Source: Podarcis bocagei (lineage: Eukaryota). Taken from it: a DNA stretch of 64,000 nt. Under the pieces are notes generated by a model that was given only the letters and a program-made list of their open reading frames with translations, had not been told where the DNA came from and ran no database searches. The stretch lies in assembly GCA_964188305.1 (NCBI GenBank), contig OZ076889.1; one strand, 5' to 3'. Below, one piece after another: positions 1 to 13,326 of this stretch. Position 1 is the first letter of the stretch; each line of letters opens with the position of its first letter. Both the position numbers and the translations under genes were made by a program.

Positions 1-472
1 TTAGCACAAATGAAAGTACCAAGCGAATATTAAGATACTTTTTAAACAGACTGGTAAATGAAAGTGCGGTTTGGGGAGAAGAGTTTAAAACATTTCAATG
101 ACAAGTAGTGAAAACAAGCACTTAAACCGTACAATGATTGTCTTAATGCTGGTCGGGGTTGGGGGGGGAGGATTAAAAAATAATGATATTTGTATGTAAA
201 TTAGCATGTCTGAAAATCGAAAGCTACTTTGTAATCTGATGTCAATGGAACAAATGCAGCCAAGAGGAACAGACTTCCTAGCGGAGGTGAGATGAGGTGG
301 AATGAAAACGATTTTGGGGTCCCGGGATCTTGAGTGGATGTAAATTCACAACGCTCCACAAACTACCCTGGAGCTGCTCGCTGGTTAAGTTAGCGGAAGG
401 GTGTGGCTCCCACATGCTTTGAGAGTTCACACAGAACACACATATCACAGCAGTGCCCTGCGATGTCTTTAC

Positions 473-553
473 CTGACTGTGGGGTCCCATCATGCTGTTG
501 GGGTTGTGAGGTGGAGGCTGTGCGTGTGGCGAGGGCTGAGAGCCAGGCGGTCC
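473..553 (-). CDS. SSBP3: SSBP3 internal coding exon (81 nt, phase 0/0; exon 6 in mammalian numbering)
   Basis: Reverse complement reads ...ctaacctcacag|GGA CCG CCT GGC TCT CAG CCC TCG CCA CAC GCA CAG CCT CCA CCT CAC AAC CCC AAC AGC ATG ATG GGA CCC CAC AGT CAG|gtaaag = GPPGSQPSPHAQPPPHNPNSMMGPHSQ. It matches the SSBP3 proline-rich segment as I recall it (human GPPGSQPSPHAQPPPHNPSSMMGPHSQ). Canonical AG/GT; joins in frame to the exon at 25595-25684. Confidence 0.96.
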
Positions 554-2047
554 CTGTGAGGTTAGATAGCAGAAGGTGGTTATAGGTCAGGCACATGAAT
601 GTGCAGGAAAAGAGCTTGCTTGACAGGAGAAGCTGGCGAATCTTCACAGGGAATGAATGTTTTGTTTCTGAACATCGCAAACTTCCAAAAGAAAAAGAAA
701 TAGAAATTTGGGGGGCGGGGGGGGGGGAGAATGTGGGCAAAGAACCAATAACTGTCAAAGCACATCAAATGAGCTGTTAATTCTGAGTGAGCGACACAGC
801 TTGTGCCCTCTGACATTTGTGATGGGATCGCTAGTGAGTCCAACGCTGGAATTGCTGCTCGGTGCTGGAATTTTACTGCTGTGCGGACAGACTAAAATAG
901 GTGCAATGTGTGGCAGCACATAACCTGCAAGCAAATGTTTTCATTGCCGAACCTTAATAAATGCAAACTGTGATCTCAATTAACACAAAAAAGTCTCCAA
1001 AATATCTGGAGTGGGGGTGGGGGAAAACCTGCCTCGTCTAGTCTCACACTGGAAATTGCACACATGGCACCGCAGAAATGCAACATGTCCGCCAACTGTG
1101 CCCTGGCATCTGCCCGCGTTCAGGCACGCTTTATTCAAATTATGTAATTCAGCAGATTTGGGTAAACAAAATGCAAATCTGGGTTGGCTGTATGGATCAT
1201 GATATTGGTCTGGGCAATACAACTTATACAAGCTGAACAAAAAGCCCCCCCCCCCCGGTATACTGCACTGTACTGTTTCAGTCTTCCACAAGCCTGCACT
1301 ATTAAATGCATCTGGATAAGTGCTTGAAGAACACATACAAAACTAGCTCACCCACAATATATTCCTATTAGATTAGCAATAGTACTTTTCTGTGTTTTCA
1401 TTTGCCACTTGGGTTAAGAATTTAGAGCAAGAGAAAGTTAACAAGAAGGTTTATGATTATGATAAGAATAAAAATAAAAATGCTTAATAACATGTTTCCA
1501 TGCTTTACCTAGACTTCCAGTTCTAGGAAGTTTGTAGCAGCAGCAATAACTTATCATTTCTACACACAAGACTATAGTGTCACATTTTTGAGACCAGAAC
1601 TGCGGTCCTTCACCAAGATTAACTATCTATTGAGGCAACAATTAATCTTGCATGCAGATATGATTTTACCTGGGGGGGGGGGGGAGCTTATATGCGCCTG
1701 AGAAGAAAAAGATTCATTTGTATAGTTTCAACCCTGCAATGCAGGGCTGTAGGATTAAACATAATTTTAATTCCCTCCATTCCTGGAATCCCAGAAAACA
1801 AGAAGTTTATTTCAAAAAAAGTGAGTTCTTGAACATGAATAACCAAATTCGCACTATGATGTACACATGTTCCCTGTGTAATTTTTCTCTCTCTCAAACA
1901 AACACAAAATTGTAATTGGTCTGGAAAGCAAACAAGACTTGTAAGTACATTATGAGAATCAGCTACACACTTCAGGAAAAGCAGAGGAACAGATGTTCTA
2001 TACCTGCCATGTTAGTAATTTCAACAAGTGTTCGCCTTCTAGCTGCT

Positions 2048-2243
2048 NNNNNNNNNNNNNNNNNNNNNNNNNNNNNNNNNNNNNNNNNNNNNNNNNNNNN
2101 NNNNNNNNNNNNNNNNNNNNNNNNNNNNNNNNNNNNNNNNNNNNNNNNNNNNNNNNNNNNNNNNNNNNNNNNNNNNNNNNNNNNNNNNNNNNNNNNNNNN
2201 NNNNNNNNNNNNNNNNNNNNNNNNNNNNNNNNNNNNNNNNNNN
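2048..2243. other. Assembly gap (196 N)
   Basis: Run of N. Confidence 1.
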
Positions 2244-3610
2244 GAGGGGAAGTTAATGAAGGCAGGACATATTTGCACCTGCAAATCTTTTGTACCAGGG
2301 AAACTTGAGTGCAATGTAAATAAAAGAGGGGGAGAAATTGTTAAAGAGTTAACACGGAAAGATGCAAACAGAGCTCTAAACAGAAGCAGACACTCTGCTG
2401 ATCCTCCAGGTTATGTTTACGGGATCGTAGAAACTGATTTTCCTTTGAATTAATACGATCCATTGTACATAGGGTGCTAATATTTGCTCATTAACTCCTT
2501 TAACTGAGAATTAAGGGTTGCTTCTCACAGGTTATTTTTTTCTCTAGTACTGATATCTATATACAAAATACGTGAATATAGTGTTAGGTATGAAGTATGT
2601 TTCAAATGTAGCTTTCCCCCCATCTCAAAGACTTAAAAGCAGAGAATTAGACCCCCGCCATCAAGTATTTTGAAATGCATGGGAAACCTTTGCACCTAAC
2701 AAAATCAACTTTTAAGAAGCAATCACTGTGCAGCAAGGAGAATTTGTTCTCAGCTTATCATGTGCTTTGACCTCTTCACAAAACCACAAAAGGTCCTTGT
2801 GCCTCTTTTAGGTTTCAGAAAATCAAAAACAATTTTTTCAATTACACACAATTAAAGGAAGGAGTTGTCAGGAGCATACTGCAAGTAATACAATTATTTT
2901 AAAGTCAACTGAAAATGATCTCTGGGATGGTAAACACATAAAGTTTGCACAATTTAAATTGGAACAGAAAAAGTCGGCTGCTATGTGGATGCCTTTTGAG
3001 ATGCTTCGATCAGAGCACTCTGTAACCTCTGTCCGTAAATGTGCTACCTTCATGTAAACACTTTATCTTCTCTAGACCAAAGAAACTCCCACTTTAAATG
3101 AAACTTCTACTGAGTAATTCTCTGTGTGAGGTGTCAGTGCCCAACCCAATGAAATGGCAATGAGTAGGCAACTGTTGCTGCTATCAATGGTAGCTTGCTT
3201 TCAGCCACTGAGACTGCCTAAGCCCTCTCTCATCGCCTCTAAGCAGTAGCTGCATATGAGTCCTAGAGCTTAACATTTCCACTCTGTCTGGAAGAACAAT
3301 GTCAAGGTCTTCATGACTGCAGAATCCCAATGAGGCTTGGGTATGACTTTCATGGTATAGGAGGATGGGAAGCATCAAGGTTCTTTTAGAACAGGAAAAG
3401 TCAGCACTGGGGTTATACGCAACAGCAACATAACAGAACGCAGCCTAGAACCTGGGTTGGATTCATTCTAATGCATAACAATTGCTCCTTGTGGCAGATA
3501 TATTAACATATACCCCTGAAATGCCTTGCTTCATGACTCCCACATTTCTATCAAACATGTCAATGGTAACCTCAGAAAGAAACTCTTATTTTAGGTTTAT
3601 TAACATTAAT

Positions 3611-3807
3611 GTGGGGGGCCGGACTATATTTTGGGGAAAAAATATGAACAAATTCCTATGCCCCACAAATAAACCAGAGATGCATTTTAAATAAAAACAC
3701 ACATTCTACTCATGTAAAAACAAGTTGATTCCCAGACCATCCGTGGGCCGGATTGAGAAGGCGATTGGGCCGCATCTGGCCCACGGGCCTTAGGTGGCCT
3801 ACCCCTG
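3611..3807 (-). mobile_element. Non-autonomous hAT DNA transposon fragment (one terminus)
   Basis: Ends in ...ggcctacccctg (rc CAGGGGTAGGCC, hAT-type TIR) with subterminal gggccggat/cggccc repeats. Confidence 0.7.
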
Positions 3808-6807
3808 TCTTAATCCCACCTTTCTTACACTGAGCTCAGGGCAAAGTACATTCAGAGGAGAGGTGTCTGGTGCAAAGCTCACTGCAAAATGAATCTCTTT
3901 GGTTGAAGTCCAATGCTATCCATTACCCCATGCTAGTTTCCCCTATAAGAAGTCTGAGAACATGGAATATTTTCTACTAAAGACATAACCTAAAAGATTA
4001 TAGTCCTTTGCTTCACCCATGTCACCTAAAGAGATAACTTCTTTTTCTGACACACTGTAGTTTGCAAGCAGAAATAATCTGCTGTTAATTGAAAAGGGTA
4101 GTGAAAAGAAAACGACAAAACCATTATCTTTCCCAACTGTATCATTAGCCAAGTACTAAAGGAAATCCAGCAGTTCCAAATAAGAACCGTTTTTGGAAAG
4201 CTCAGAGCGACTACCCAACTATTCAACTACTTTACACACATTCATTAATGGCAACAATCAAGTAAATTGGTTTTTAAGATAAAATGTTCATAGGACTGGG
4301 GGGCAGGGAAACACCTCAAGGAAGTTAAGAATACTTAATGCTGTTCCCACTACTTCATTGCAACTACAGAACAGCAAGTCGTGACCTACAGGATTTACAT
4401 TCTCATAGGTATTTACCAAACACAAGAATAAAAGTTCCAGAGGAAACTCACGCCAATAATCCCTTTCAAAACCTTCACCACTGATCTTACAGAGCCAGCA
4501 CTTGCCATACTGCTATAATGTAGAAGCTTCTTTGCCTTCAGTTATCAACCTCTCCTTCCTTGAACTTATGAGCAAATTATTTTGTGGTTCTCCTATATTG
4601 AAATAATTAAAGGCTAAAGCATAAATCTAAAATAACCTTGCCTAAATCAGGAATCCTGCCTCTCCACATAATAAATGTTGAGAGATGAACCTCAGGATTT
4701 TAAGAAGCCAGTGACAACCTTCATCAATTAAGTAGACATCACAGATTTACCATTGCTGAAGTGCCCACTAGTCTCCGTTAATGAACATGGCCAGTACAGA
4801 ATGAAGTATTTATTTCCTTATATTTATCCTGCCTTTCTTCCATCATGGAACGACATATTGATTCCATAGAGTAGTAACACAGAAGTGTTATTTCTGCATT
4901 AATGCCTGCAGACATAATGAAAGACCTTTCTTGACCAGGAGTAAGTCACAGGATTATGCACTTTTTAAATCCTTGTTAAGAGGACAGCCCCAATCACCAT
5001 GTAATATTGATACCAAAGTAATGCTTAAAACTATGATCAAGGTGTGTAGGACAAATTTGTTTTAGACAGGAGGGAGGTTAAGGCAAGGGACAAAGTGATT
5101 TCATGGCCTGTCCTCTATTTCTTTACCACAGTTTAAGAGAGCCATTTATATCTGAGCCACCCCTTAGGTGTCCCATTACTTGATGTCTATGCTACTAATA
5201 AGCATCCACATTGAGATGTTTCTTTTGCAATTGCAGAAGTATGTATGGCAACCAAATTCCATTTGTAGCAAAATGTCATTTAGAAAATGGTTGAGAAGTA
5301 GCACTTTGCCAGTTTGGCCACTGTACATTTTTATGCATCGGTATTTCCAAATTAGCTAAAGAAAAGGACAATTATAACAGAAATCGCAAACATTTTGGGC
5401 TTGGAGGCACAATTGGAAATCTAAAAAAACATCCATTTTACAGAAGATAGTGGTGCTGCTCAGAACTCCCTCCACAAGCAACATGCAGAGAGACCCTATA
5501 ACCTCCCCACAAAAAACCCCAAGCCCCAGACCCTTCTCCAAAAGCTACCAACTAACCAAACCAAATGCAATTTCTTTAAATTTTGGGGGTGTTTGGTGGC
5601 CTTGGAGGGGATTTGAGAATACCACCATGCCCACAAGTGCCACCTGGGGACCCCAGAAGAATACCATGGATAAACAAAGCAAGCCTAATAAAAATTCTGC
5701 AAAAGAGAAAAAAAAAAACCTGGCAAAACTGTCTTTCTTTATGTCAGTAAGCTACAGAACGGTTAATGGCAGACCCACATGTCTTAAAAAGAAAAAGAAA
5801 AAAGCAACCAGACACCACTGTAAGATCAGCTGGTTGAAGAATTGCAGGAGATCTGGAGCTTGGATAAGATGTGTGGTTTTTAAACACAATCAATTACTTG
5901 GAAATGGTACAAATAACCAATGGATGAAATCTGCAGAATACTTTTCTAAATATTCAAAATATTGAAACTCATAGCAGATTGTGAAGCATATTAGGGAGGA
6001 TCCCATAACACTGGGAACAGGCAATGGAACGGTACTTGAACGTCAAAGTATTGGCAAGTATTATGTGACTTTTTTCTGGAGGGCAGTGGGGAGGAGGATA
6101 ATCTCATTCATTAGAGAGAAGGGAAGGGAGTCTAATGTACATAGGGACTTTTCCCACACAGCCACTCACTATTTCACACTATTTGGCATTAGCCTCAAGG
6201 ACAGTGGCAAGCCGCTGCCGATTATCACATGCATAGGAGTAGTGAATGGCAGAGCACCTTAACAGGCCGGTCAAGATGTCCACGTTATGCCCAACTTCTT
6301 AAAAATGTCAAGTGAAAAGATCCAAAACAGAACACAAACATCCCTGCCTCAGTTAAGAACCCCCTTTGTGCACCAACTACACAATATAAAACTACTGATC
6401 TTTATCTAAACTTAGAACTGTTTTTCCACAGGATGCAACAATGACCACTAGCAAAAACGCTGTTTAAAAGCGTTCCTCACAGATGTCAGTTTTACTAGCC
6501 CTAGTTAGACTGGGCTTCCTCATGAACAGGTTTTAGGGGCTGGGGACAAAAAAGCTCATCAACAAGCTCTGCCTGTGCATTTTCAAAGGCACCTGCCTAA
6601 CTACAACTGCAAGGATGGGGAACCTGTGGCCCATTATGTCGTTGGACTACTGGCTCAGGCTGGAACACCACTTGTAGAAGGCTACATATTCTCCATCTCT
6701 GCACTACCAAGAAGAGGATGCTGGATTAGATGGATTCTTGTGCTGCTTTTAAAAACATGGGTTGATTAACATAGGAACAACTAGCACACCCATATTCTTA
6801 CCCTTAC

Positions 6808-6938
6808 AGAATCATAGAATTGTAGAGTTGGAAGGGAAGCTAAGGATCATCCAGTCCAAGCCCCTGCAATGGAGGAATATGCAGTTGTCCCATACGGGGA
6901 CTGAACCTGCAACCCTGGCATTATCAGCAGCACACCGC
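6808..6938 (-). mobile_element. tRNA(Ile)-like-headed SINE with CR1-derived 3' tail
   Basis: rc gtgctgctgataatgccagggttgcaggttcagtccccgtatgggac resembles tRNA-Ile anticodon/T arms and B box. It is followed by ttcctccattgcaggggcttggactggatgatcc...ttccaactctacaattctatgattct, the CR1 tail. Confidence 0.75.
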
Positions 6939-7242
6939 CCTCCCCTACGAAACCCACAACCCCTTGAGTCAAAGCAAAAAGGAGATTTTGCCTTTCGTGG
7001 TGTATCTCCTTTCTGGAGCACCATCATTATACATAGCACTTTAGAAAGTTGCATAAGCAGGATGGGGAGGCAGCCCCTGTTCCCACAGACCTTACAATCT
7101 GAGAACAGTGGCATTCTGAAAGAGTTACAGCGTCTTTCTTAGACGCCTGGGAACTGGAAACACAGAATGGGGCTCCCTCCTTCTGAGGACTGATACAACA
7201 AAAGCTTAGAACTGGAATTTGAAACTAGGGAACCAACAAAAC

Positions 7243-7273
<31 letters not shown>

Positions 7274-7554
7274 TATTTGTACCCCACCCTCCCCGGCCGG
7301 CTAACATTATAAAACTAAGACAGTGTACAAAGAACATAAAAACATAAAAACAGGCAATCAATTAGTTAAAGAATAAGAGATATTTCTTAGAAACCCAAAC
7401 CAGTTGGAAACCAGAAAGGGGGGGGGGGATGCAATGTCCGTCTGCTCTTATCCAGAAACAAGATTCATGCATCATATTATCTTCTGGGTAAGGATAGAGG
7501 CACATCTCGGAAGTGGCATACAAAAGCTGAAGTGCAGGAAGCAACGTTTGGTCT

Positions 7555-7703
7555 CCCTTGGGAGGTGGTGGACTCTCCTTCCTTGGAGGTTTTTAAGCAG
7601 AGGTTGGATGGTCACCTGTCATGTATGATTTAGTTGAGATTCCTGCATTGCAGGGGGTGGACTAGGTGACCCCCAGGTCCCTTCCAACTCCACAATTCTA
7701 TGA
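7555..7703 (+). mobile_element. CR1 LINE 3' end
   Basis: gtggtggactctccttccttggaggtttttaagcagaggttggatgg...ttcctgcattgcagggggtggactaggtgacc...ccttccaactccacaattctatga. Confidence 0.85.
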
Positions 7704-8399
7704 CCCCGTTGTCATAAGCAGCATTGGACAAAAAGCTGGTTTTTAGGGACCACTCACCAGATGACCCACAGGCCAAACAAAGGCTAAGCACACATTGTCA
7801 TTTACTCTGTGCGCTCCCACTGGTGTCTGAAGCAGAGTTCACATGATGGTGGCCACAATTCTGTAGTTTGTTGGGAAAGACTGTTGTTTGATGTGTTTCC
7901 CCTCGAACCAGCTTCTATCCAATTTGAAAACGCAGGCTGAAGTTACACTGAAGTATGCACAGTTCAGGCAGCTGTTGCACATGTGTAGATGACAGGGGGT
8001 TGCAGTCGCAGGGAACAAAATATTATAATGCCTATTGGATGAAGACATCTCCACCCCCTCACAAGTGTGTAGAGTAACAGCAAATGCGACTTGAAACACA
8101 GCAGGGGGGGAAATGACCTTGTTGCATTTTAAGCCACTAATGTGTACGTTCCGTAATACGTAAGAGGAAGTATTAAGGAATACTTAATATATTAAGTATT
8201 AATGTATTAAGAAAGCCTTCAAAACTCTGACCTCAAAGGATCCCAACTTATAGGAAACAAAAAGAGTTCTGGACCTTGAGGCCTTGGTTTTCTGCATATA
8301 AGCTTTCAAACATGTTCTCACATCTATCTTGGGCCATGCCCTCTCTTAACCACCTATGAATAATACAATCAGAGAATTGTAGAGTTGGAAAGGACTCTA

Positions 8400-8500
8400 C
8401 CACCCTGGTGCTCCACAGATGTTGTTGGACCATCATCCTTGACTTTTGGCCATGCTGCTTGGGGCCAATGGGAGCTGTAGCTGAAAACCTCCGGAGGAAA
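8400..8500. mobile_element. Degenerate palindromic hAT MITE
   Basis: cagatgttgttggac...catcatccttgac...ggccatgctg...atgggagctgtag; same family as 18560 and 38615. Confidence 0.55.
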
Positions 8501-9700
8501 AGGCTGGCACACAGCAAGGTTGCTTGAGCAAAAGATGAAAACAGCTTTTGAAACCTGAATGGTTATAACCTTAGCTTCAAAGCTCTGAGAGCCAATTCCT
8601 TTCTTCAGTTATTAGTTTTTCCACAGAAGAGAAGGCAGCCACAAGGGTGTCAAATTTAGGTATACCTCCGTCATCATCAGCAATGTATTTTTAGGAGAGA
8701 ATACAGTGTGAGAAATTGCTAGTGATTTTGGTCCCCATGTGGGAATTCCATTGCAGCTTCAGAATCTGTATTCTGTTGGGAAGAAGGAAGAAAAATGGCA
8801 GTGAGGCTCCTCCGTTCCTGCTGCCATGTGATGATGAAGCAATGGCTATCCATGCAGTTCCCATGGCACCTATGGATGAGTTGGACCTTCACATCTTGTT
8901 TCTTCTAGGAGAGAGGAGTTGGACCTACACTGAGCAATTTCTGCAGTTCCAGGAGAAAGTGCTTCTCTCCCTAAGCCAACATCTCAGGCCCAGAAGCCAC
9001 ATTGAGACAACTACTTCCTGCTACTTGAAAAAAAAACCCCAAGGGAGAGTAGCTAAGAGACAGAGGAAGAACCAAGAAGCTAAAAACAAAATGAAGAAAA
9101 TTAGCTAAGGTAAGATGTATGCCGATGCAGAGCTAAGTAGAAATTGCTGCCAAGAATTGCCTAGTAGCCCTAGGCAGGAAGAGGCTAAGAGCAGGGGGTC
9201 CCCTCCTCCAAGTAAGTCATTTTCTACTTCTTGCCTCCAAGATCCCAGGTAGGGGACACCTCATTTCCAGAATGTCCCTCTGCCCATATCCAGGAAGTTG
9301 CAAAGAGATTCAAGCATGCCCACACTCAAGTGTATCATCTCAAGCATGAAGACCCTTTCTTTAGACTCAGAAAATGTTGTCCTGTGCCTCCTGGAGAGAC
9401 ATTAGAGTGATTCCACTCAAATTACCAGTTTTAATTAAAAAGGGGTCGAAAATCAATTTCTGCTTTTAAACAAAACTGATTAGCAAGTAGGTTATTGCAA
9501 TTCACAGCAGCAGAGCTTTCCCTAATTCTTTAAACGAAAGCGACTGGCGTTGGAAGGGCATTCATCTAAGCATCAAGACACCCACGGTCCTTTATATGAT
9601 AACGCCCGCTTTAAACACACACTTTTCCCCACAGGAGATCAAAAAATAATGGTTTGGGCAGGGAATCCCAGTGGTTAATTTAATCCACTTCCAAGATGCA

Positions 9701-9703
<3 letters not shown>

Positions 9704-9737
<34 letters not shown>
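9704..9737. repeat. (GT)n microsatellite
   Basis: Direct observation. Confidence 0.98.
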
Positions 9738-9740
<3 letters not shown>

Positions 9741-10569
9741 GGAAGACAGGGGTGTGCTGGAACAACAGCTGAGTGCATGCTGCAAAAAAAAAAAAATAAT
9801 GAAAAAAAAATCGCGAGACATTGTATGACACTCCCAGGAAATTCAAGACTTTGCGAAGCATTTTGTTGGCAAATGACACACAGCAGTAAATTGAATCCTC
9901 ATGGCCACATTAGCTTGCAAGAGTCATGCTCATGACAGGTATCTCTGGATAATATAACTGCAGATCTACAGTGAAGGCAAGCATCTCTGCAAAAGTGCTG
10001 CATGCTCTTTCTTTCAACTTGTTATGCAGCAGTGGGAGGAGCTGGTGGCTTGGGGCTGGCCGAGAAACGGCAACAACAAGGATCTGAAAACATTTGCTAC
10101 TTCCTGTCTGCTACCCTGGGGCCACTAAAACTGCCTTGCTTGGATATAAAAAAACTGCCGTCTTGCAACCCCCTCTCTTCTGGTGCCCCATCACCAAACG
10201 ACCCCCGCCTTCTACCTTTTACAGCCTAGCTCAAGATTCATTTTCTACCTTCTCTTAGGAAAAAACAAAGCAAAAAAAGCCAGACCTCTGGATATTGTTA
10301 TCTCTGTAAATATTTGCAGATGTTGTAGGACCATGGAGAACTGCAATTCAGCAGAGAGTGAATGCTGGAGCGCTCTCTCTTTCCCCTCCCCCCTTACATA
10401 CACTCGGTTATAAATCAAGGACTGAAATGAACTGCCTGCTAATGCTGGTTTTAAAGATACAGAATACAAAGAGCCAAGGGAAGACAAACTGGAATCTTTG
10501 GGAAGGAGATGCATGCAGCCAAAGTATCCCAGGGCCTTTGCATATAATCAGATCATTGCAGACCCTCCA

Positions 10570-10895
10570 AGGGTCCCTATTTTCCAGGGACATCCCTGAT
10601 TTAGAGAAGCCACCCCAGTTTCTGATTTGATTCCAGTATATCCCACTTTTTCTTAGGATCTCCCTATTTTTATTGGAGAAATGTTGGAGGGTATGGAATT
10701 ATCTGCCACCTGAAGGCAATCATGTATAGGGAAGTTCGTTTGTTTTTTAATGTTTAATGTTTTATTATGTTTTTATACATGTTGGAAGCTGCCCAGAGTA
10801 GCTGGGGCAACCCAGTGAGATGTGTGGGGTAGAAATAGTAAAATTATCGTGATGGAATGGAATGTCCCTATTTTCATCAGAGAAATGTTGGAGGC
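10570..10895. mobile_element. Non-autonomous DNA-transposon-like repeat with embedded L2-type 3' end
   Basis: Repeated tccctatttt...gagaaatgttggagg motif (about 10660-10690 and 10865-10894) surrounding gttggaagctgcccagagtagctggggcaacccagtgagatgtgtggggtagaaata (L2 tail, also seen at about 52495). Confidence 0.55.
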
Positions 10896-11265
10896 ACAGC
10901 AAACTATGAATTAGTTTCATGTTTGCTCTGCACAAGGTGTATGTGATCCTTCACAAATGCACTTTGCTTGAAGAGATATTATATATTCCAAGCGTTTGAG
11001 CCACAATATTATGTACCTGGGAAGATGGAATTCTTCAAGCACAGTTGCTTGCAGCTGTGATTTCTGTGGGGAATATAGTTGCACAATTGCTACAAACACT
11101 TTCTAGCCATTCTTCATGACAGATACAACATGCATATACACATTTCTGGCCCGCTCCCTCCCCCCCCCCACTATGTTTCATTTGGTGCACTTAATTTGTC
11201 CTGACATAAAATGCACACTTAAGACACTGGAGTATTCATTCATTCGTTTATTCATTCACTCAGTG

Positions 11266-11456
11266 CATTTATCTCCCACCCTAAGGACCTCAAGGTAGCA
11301 TACATGGTTCTCCACCTTCCCATTTAATTCTCACAACAACCCTGTGAGGCAGGTTAGGCTGAGAGGCCATCCGTGGCTCGGGGTCACCCAGTGAGATTCA
11401 TGAGTGGGGATTTCAGCCGTGGTCTCTCAGGTCCTGGTGCAATACCCTAACCACCA
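11266..11456 (-). mobile_element. MIR/Ther1-derived squamate SINE (Squam3-like)
   Basis: ctcacaacaaccctgtgaggcaggttaggctgagag...ggtcacccagtgag.ttcatg..gtggggattt...ggtctctcaggtcc is the CORE-SINE signature in antisense. Confidence 0.75.
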
Positions 11457-11904
11457 AAGGAATGGTGAGAGAAGAACAAGCAACTGTGCACTATCATGCA
11501 ATGAGCTACTTTGGATGGTTTTATCATGGCGTAATCAATAAACGAAGAAGCTCCCCCTGCCTCACGTGCAGCCAAATAGGCCCTCCCTTTATGTGAGATC
11601 TGATTAAACCAGGAAGTCTGTAATGAACCAGAGTTCCCCATTCCATTCAAACTTGGAAACTATGGTTACAAGCTTTAATACAAGACAGGATGTTAAACCA
11701 TGATTTAAAGTGGTCTTAATATCCTGGCTTGCTTCCAAGCTGGTAAGCATAGTTTCTCAGTTGGTACAAAAAGAAGAAACTATGTTCAATTGAAGTCTTC
11801 CTGGTTTGTCTGGTTGTGTTGTGATGGGAGGAGTAAAGGGGTTTCATATGAAAGGAAATAGCCTGTTCATACTGGGAGTAATAGTAATACTCCCCCCCCC
11901 CCTA

Positions 11905-12142
11905 TTCCCAATTTTCTACAGAGATGGGGAGAGGGGTTGTATTCCACAAAGCCGCTGTGTGGGTAGAGCTTTGTCCCGCCACCTCCCCCATCACCCTCCA
12001 ATCTGCTCTGTGGTTTCCCCAACTCTCCAGAGTAGATTGGGGGGAGATGAGGGGGGCACACCGGTTGTGGGGGAGAATGAGAAGTTTTGTTCTATTCACA
12101 GAAATTGTTCTTGTCACACATTGACTTCATTGGCGTTAACCC
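11905..12142. mobile_element. Old palindromic non-autonomous DNA element
   Basis: Degenerate inverted ends (gggttgtattcc ... ttggcgttaaccc) and central ccaatctgctctg/cagagtagattgg inverted pair. Related remnants at about 15530-15670 and 57500-57730. Confidence 0.4.
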
Positions 12143-13293
12143 AAAGAAATTATCTCCACAGTTCAGCAGCAATACTAAGCTTATAAGAAGATAGGCTGCT
12201 GGGCTCACAAGGTGTAATAGGTGATCATAAACTTTCAGTAATGCAGGAGGTGGCCTTGGACTGAGTCACCCTCATTAACTAGCTCAGAATTTACTGTACT
12301 ACATTGGATGGGACCAAACAGAAATTTTAAAATATGCATTTCTATAGAACTTTTTACTTTCTCAAAAATGATGGTGTATTTAGATGCAATGTGGTTGTTT
12401 AAATACTGGGTTTTGGCTTTCATGAAGCTGAGAGAATGAACAAATCTTAATAGAGCACTTCAAGATAATTTCAATACATTTTTTGCTTCCTTGTAAAAAC
12501 CACCATTCACTAAACTTTGAAAAAAGCAGAGGGGTATTAAAAAAGAAAGAAAAGAAACTTAACTTTCCCCCCACCAAGCCACTGTTATGCATTAGTGGAG
12601 TTATAAATCCTGCCAGTCCCAGATGATTAGATGCAGAGAGCACAAGATACCAAACTGTTCAATACTGATTTTAAATGGTTAGCAAGCACTTTCTGTTCTG
12701 CTTTTACTTGGGGTTAGAACACTGAAATGTACACCTCAGATATTTTTTTAAAAGTTACTTTACAAATACACAAAGACAGCTCAGTTATGCAGTCTCTCTT
12801 GTAATTATTGAAAGTTTTATAGTTGTTTTTTTTTAAATCCCATGTTCTTAAAAGCAACACTCCAAAAAGCAACAGCTTGGCCGCTTGAAAACTTCAGAAA
12901 CTTAGGGTTCCTATATATCCACCCCCATGACCCTGGCACTTCCATGGAGGTTCTGCCATCCGGCAGATAAAAGAGATGTCATCTAGGAGCAGAGACTTCT
13001 GGGTAAGGCTTCCAGCATTTAGGCAGGCCCTGCCTAGGGAAGACTTCTCTTCTTGGTCACCTTTCAGGAGGCAGATGAAGATGACTCTTCTTATAGTAAG
13101 TATTATTAGTTGTGAAGTGCCTAAAAATGGGGTGCTGCACAGAACCCATAAAGCAACAGTCCTACTCAATGGGTTCATAATCTAAATTAGACAACAAAAG
13201 AACAAGGAAACACAGGGAAGGAAGCCAAACACAATTAAATGCAGGATGCAACTCAACAGGGAGATCTGTGATCAAGATAAACAAGGATGTCCC

Positions 13294-13326
13294 TGTTTGT
13301 TTGTTTGTTTGTTTGTTTGTTTGTTT
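13294..13326. repeat. (TTTG)n microsatellite
   Basis: Direct observation. Confidence 0.97.

Noticed and set aside
278-493. 71-aa minus ORF starting MMGPHSQ
   Set aside because: It is the end of the SSBP3 exon reading through the donor into intron; no evidence of a separate protein.
1916-2314. ORFs spanning N runs (also 52601-52968)
   Set aside because: Open only because of assembly gaps.
8604-8680. Possible C/D snoRNA on the gene strand (ATGATGA...CTGA about 70 nt apart)
   Set aside because: No terminal stem and no recognisable rRNA/snRNA antisense element.
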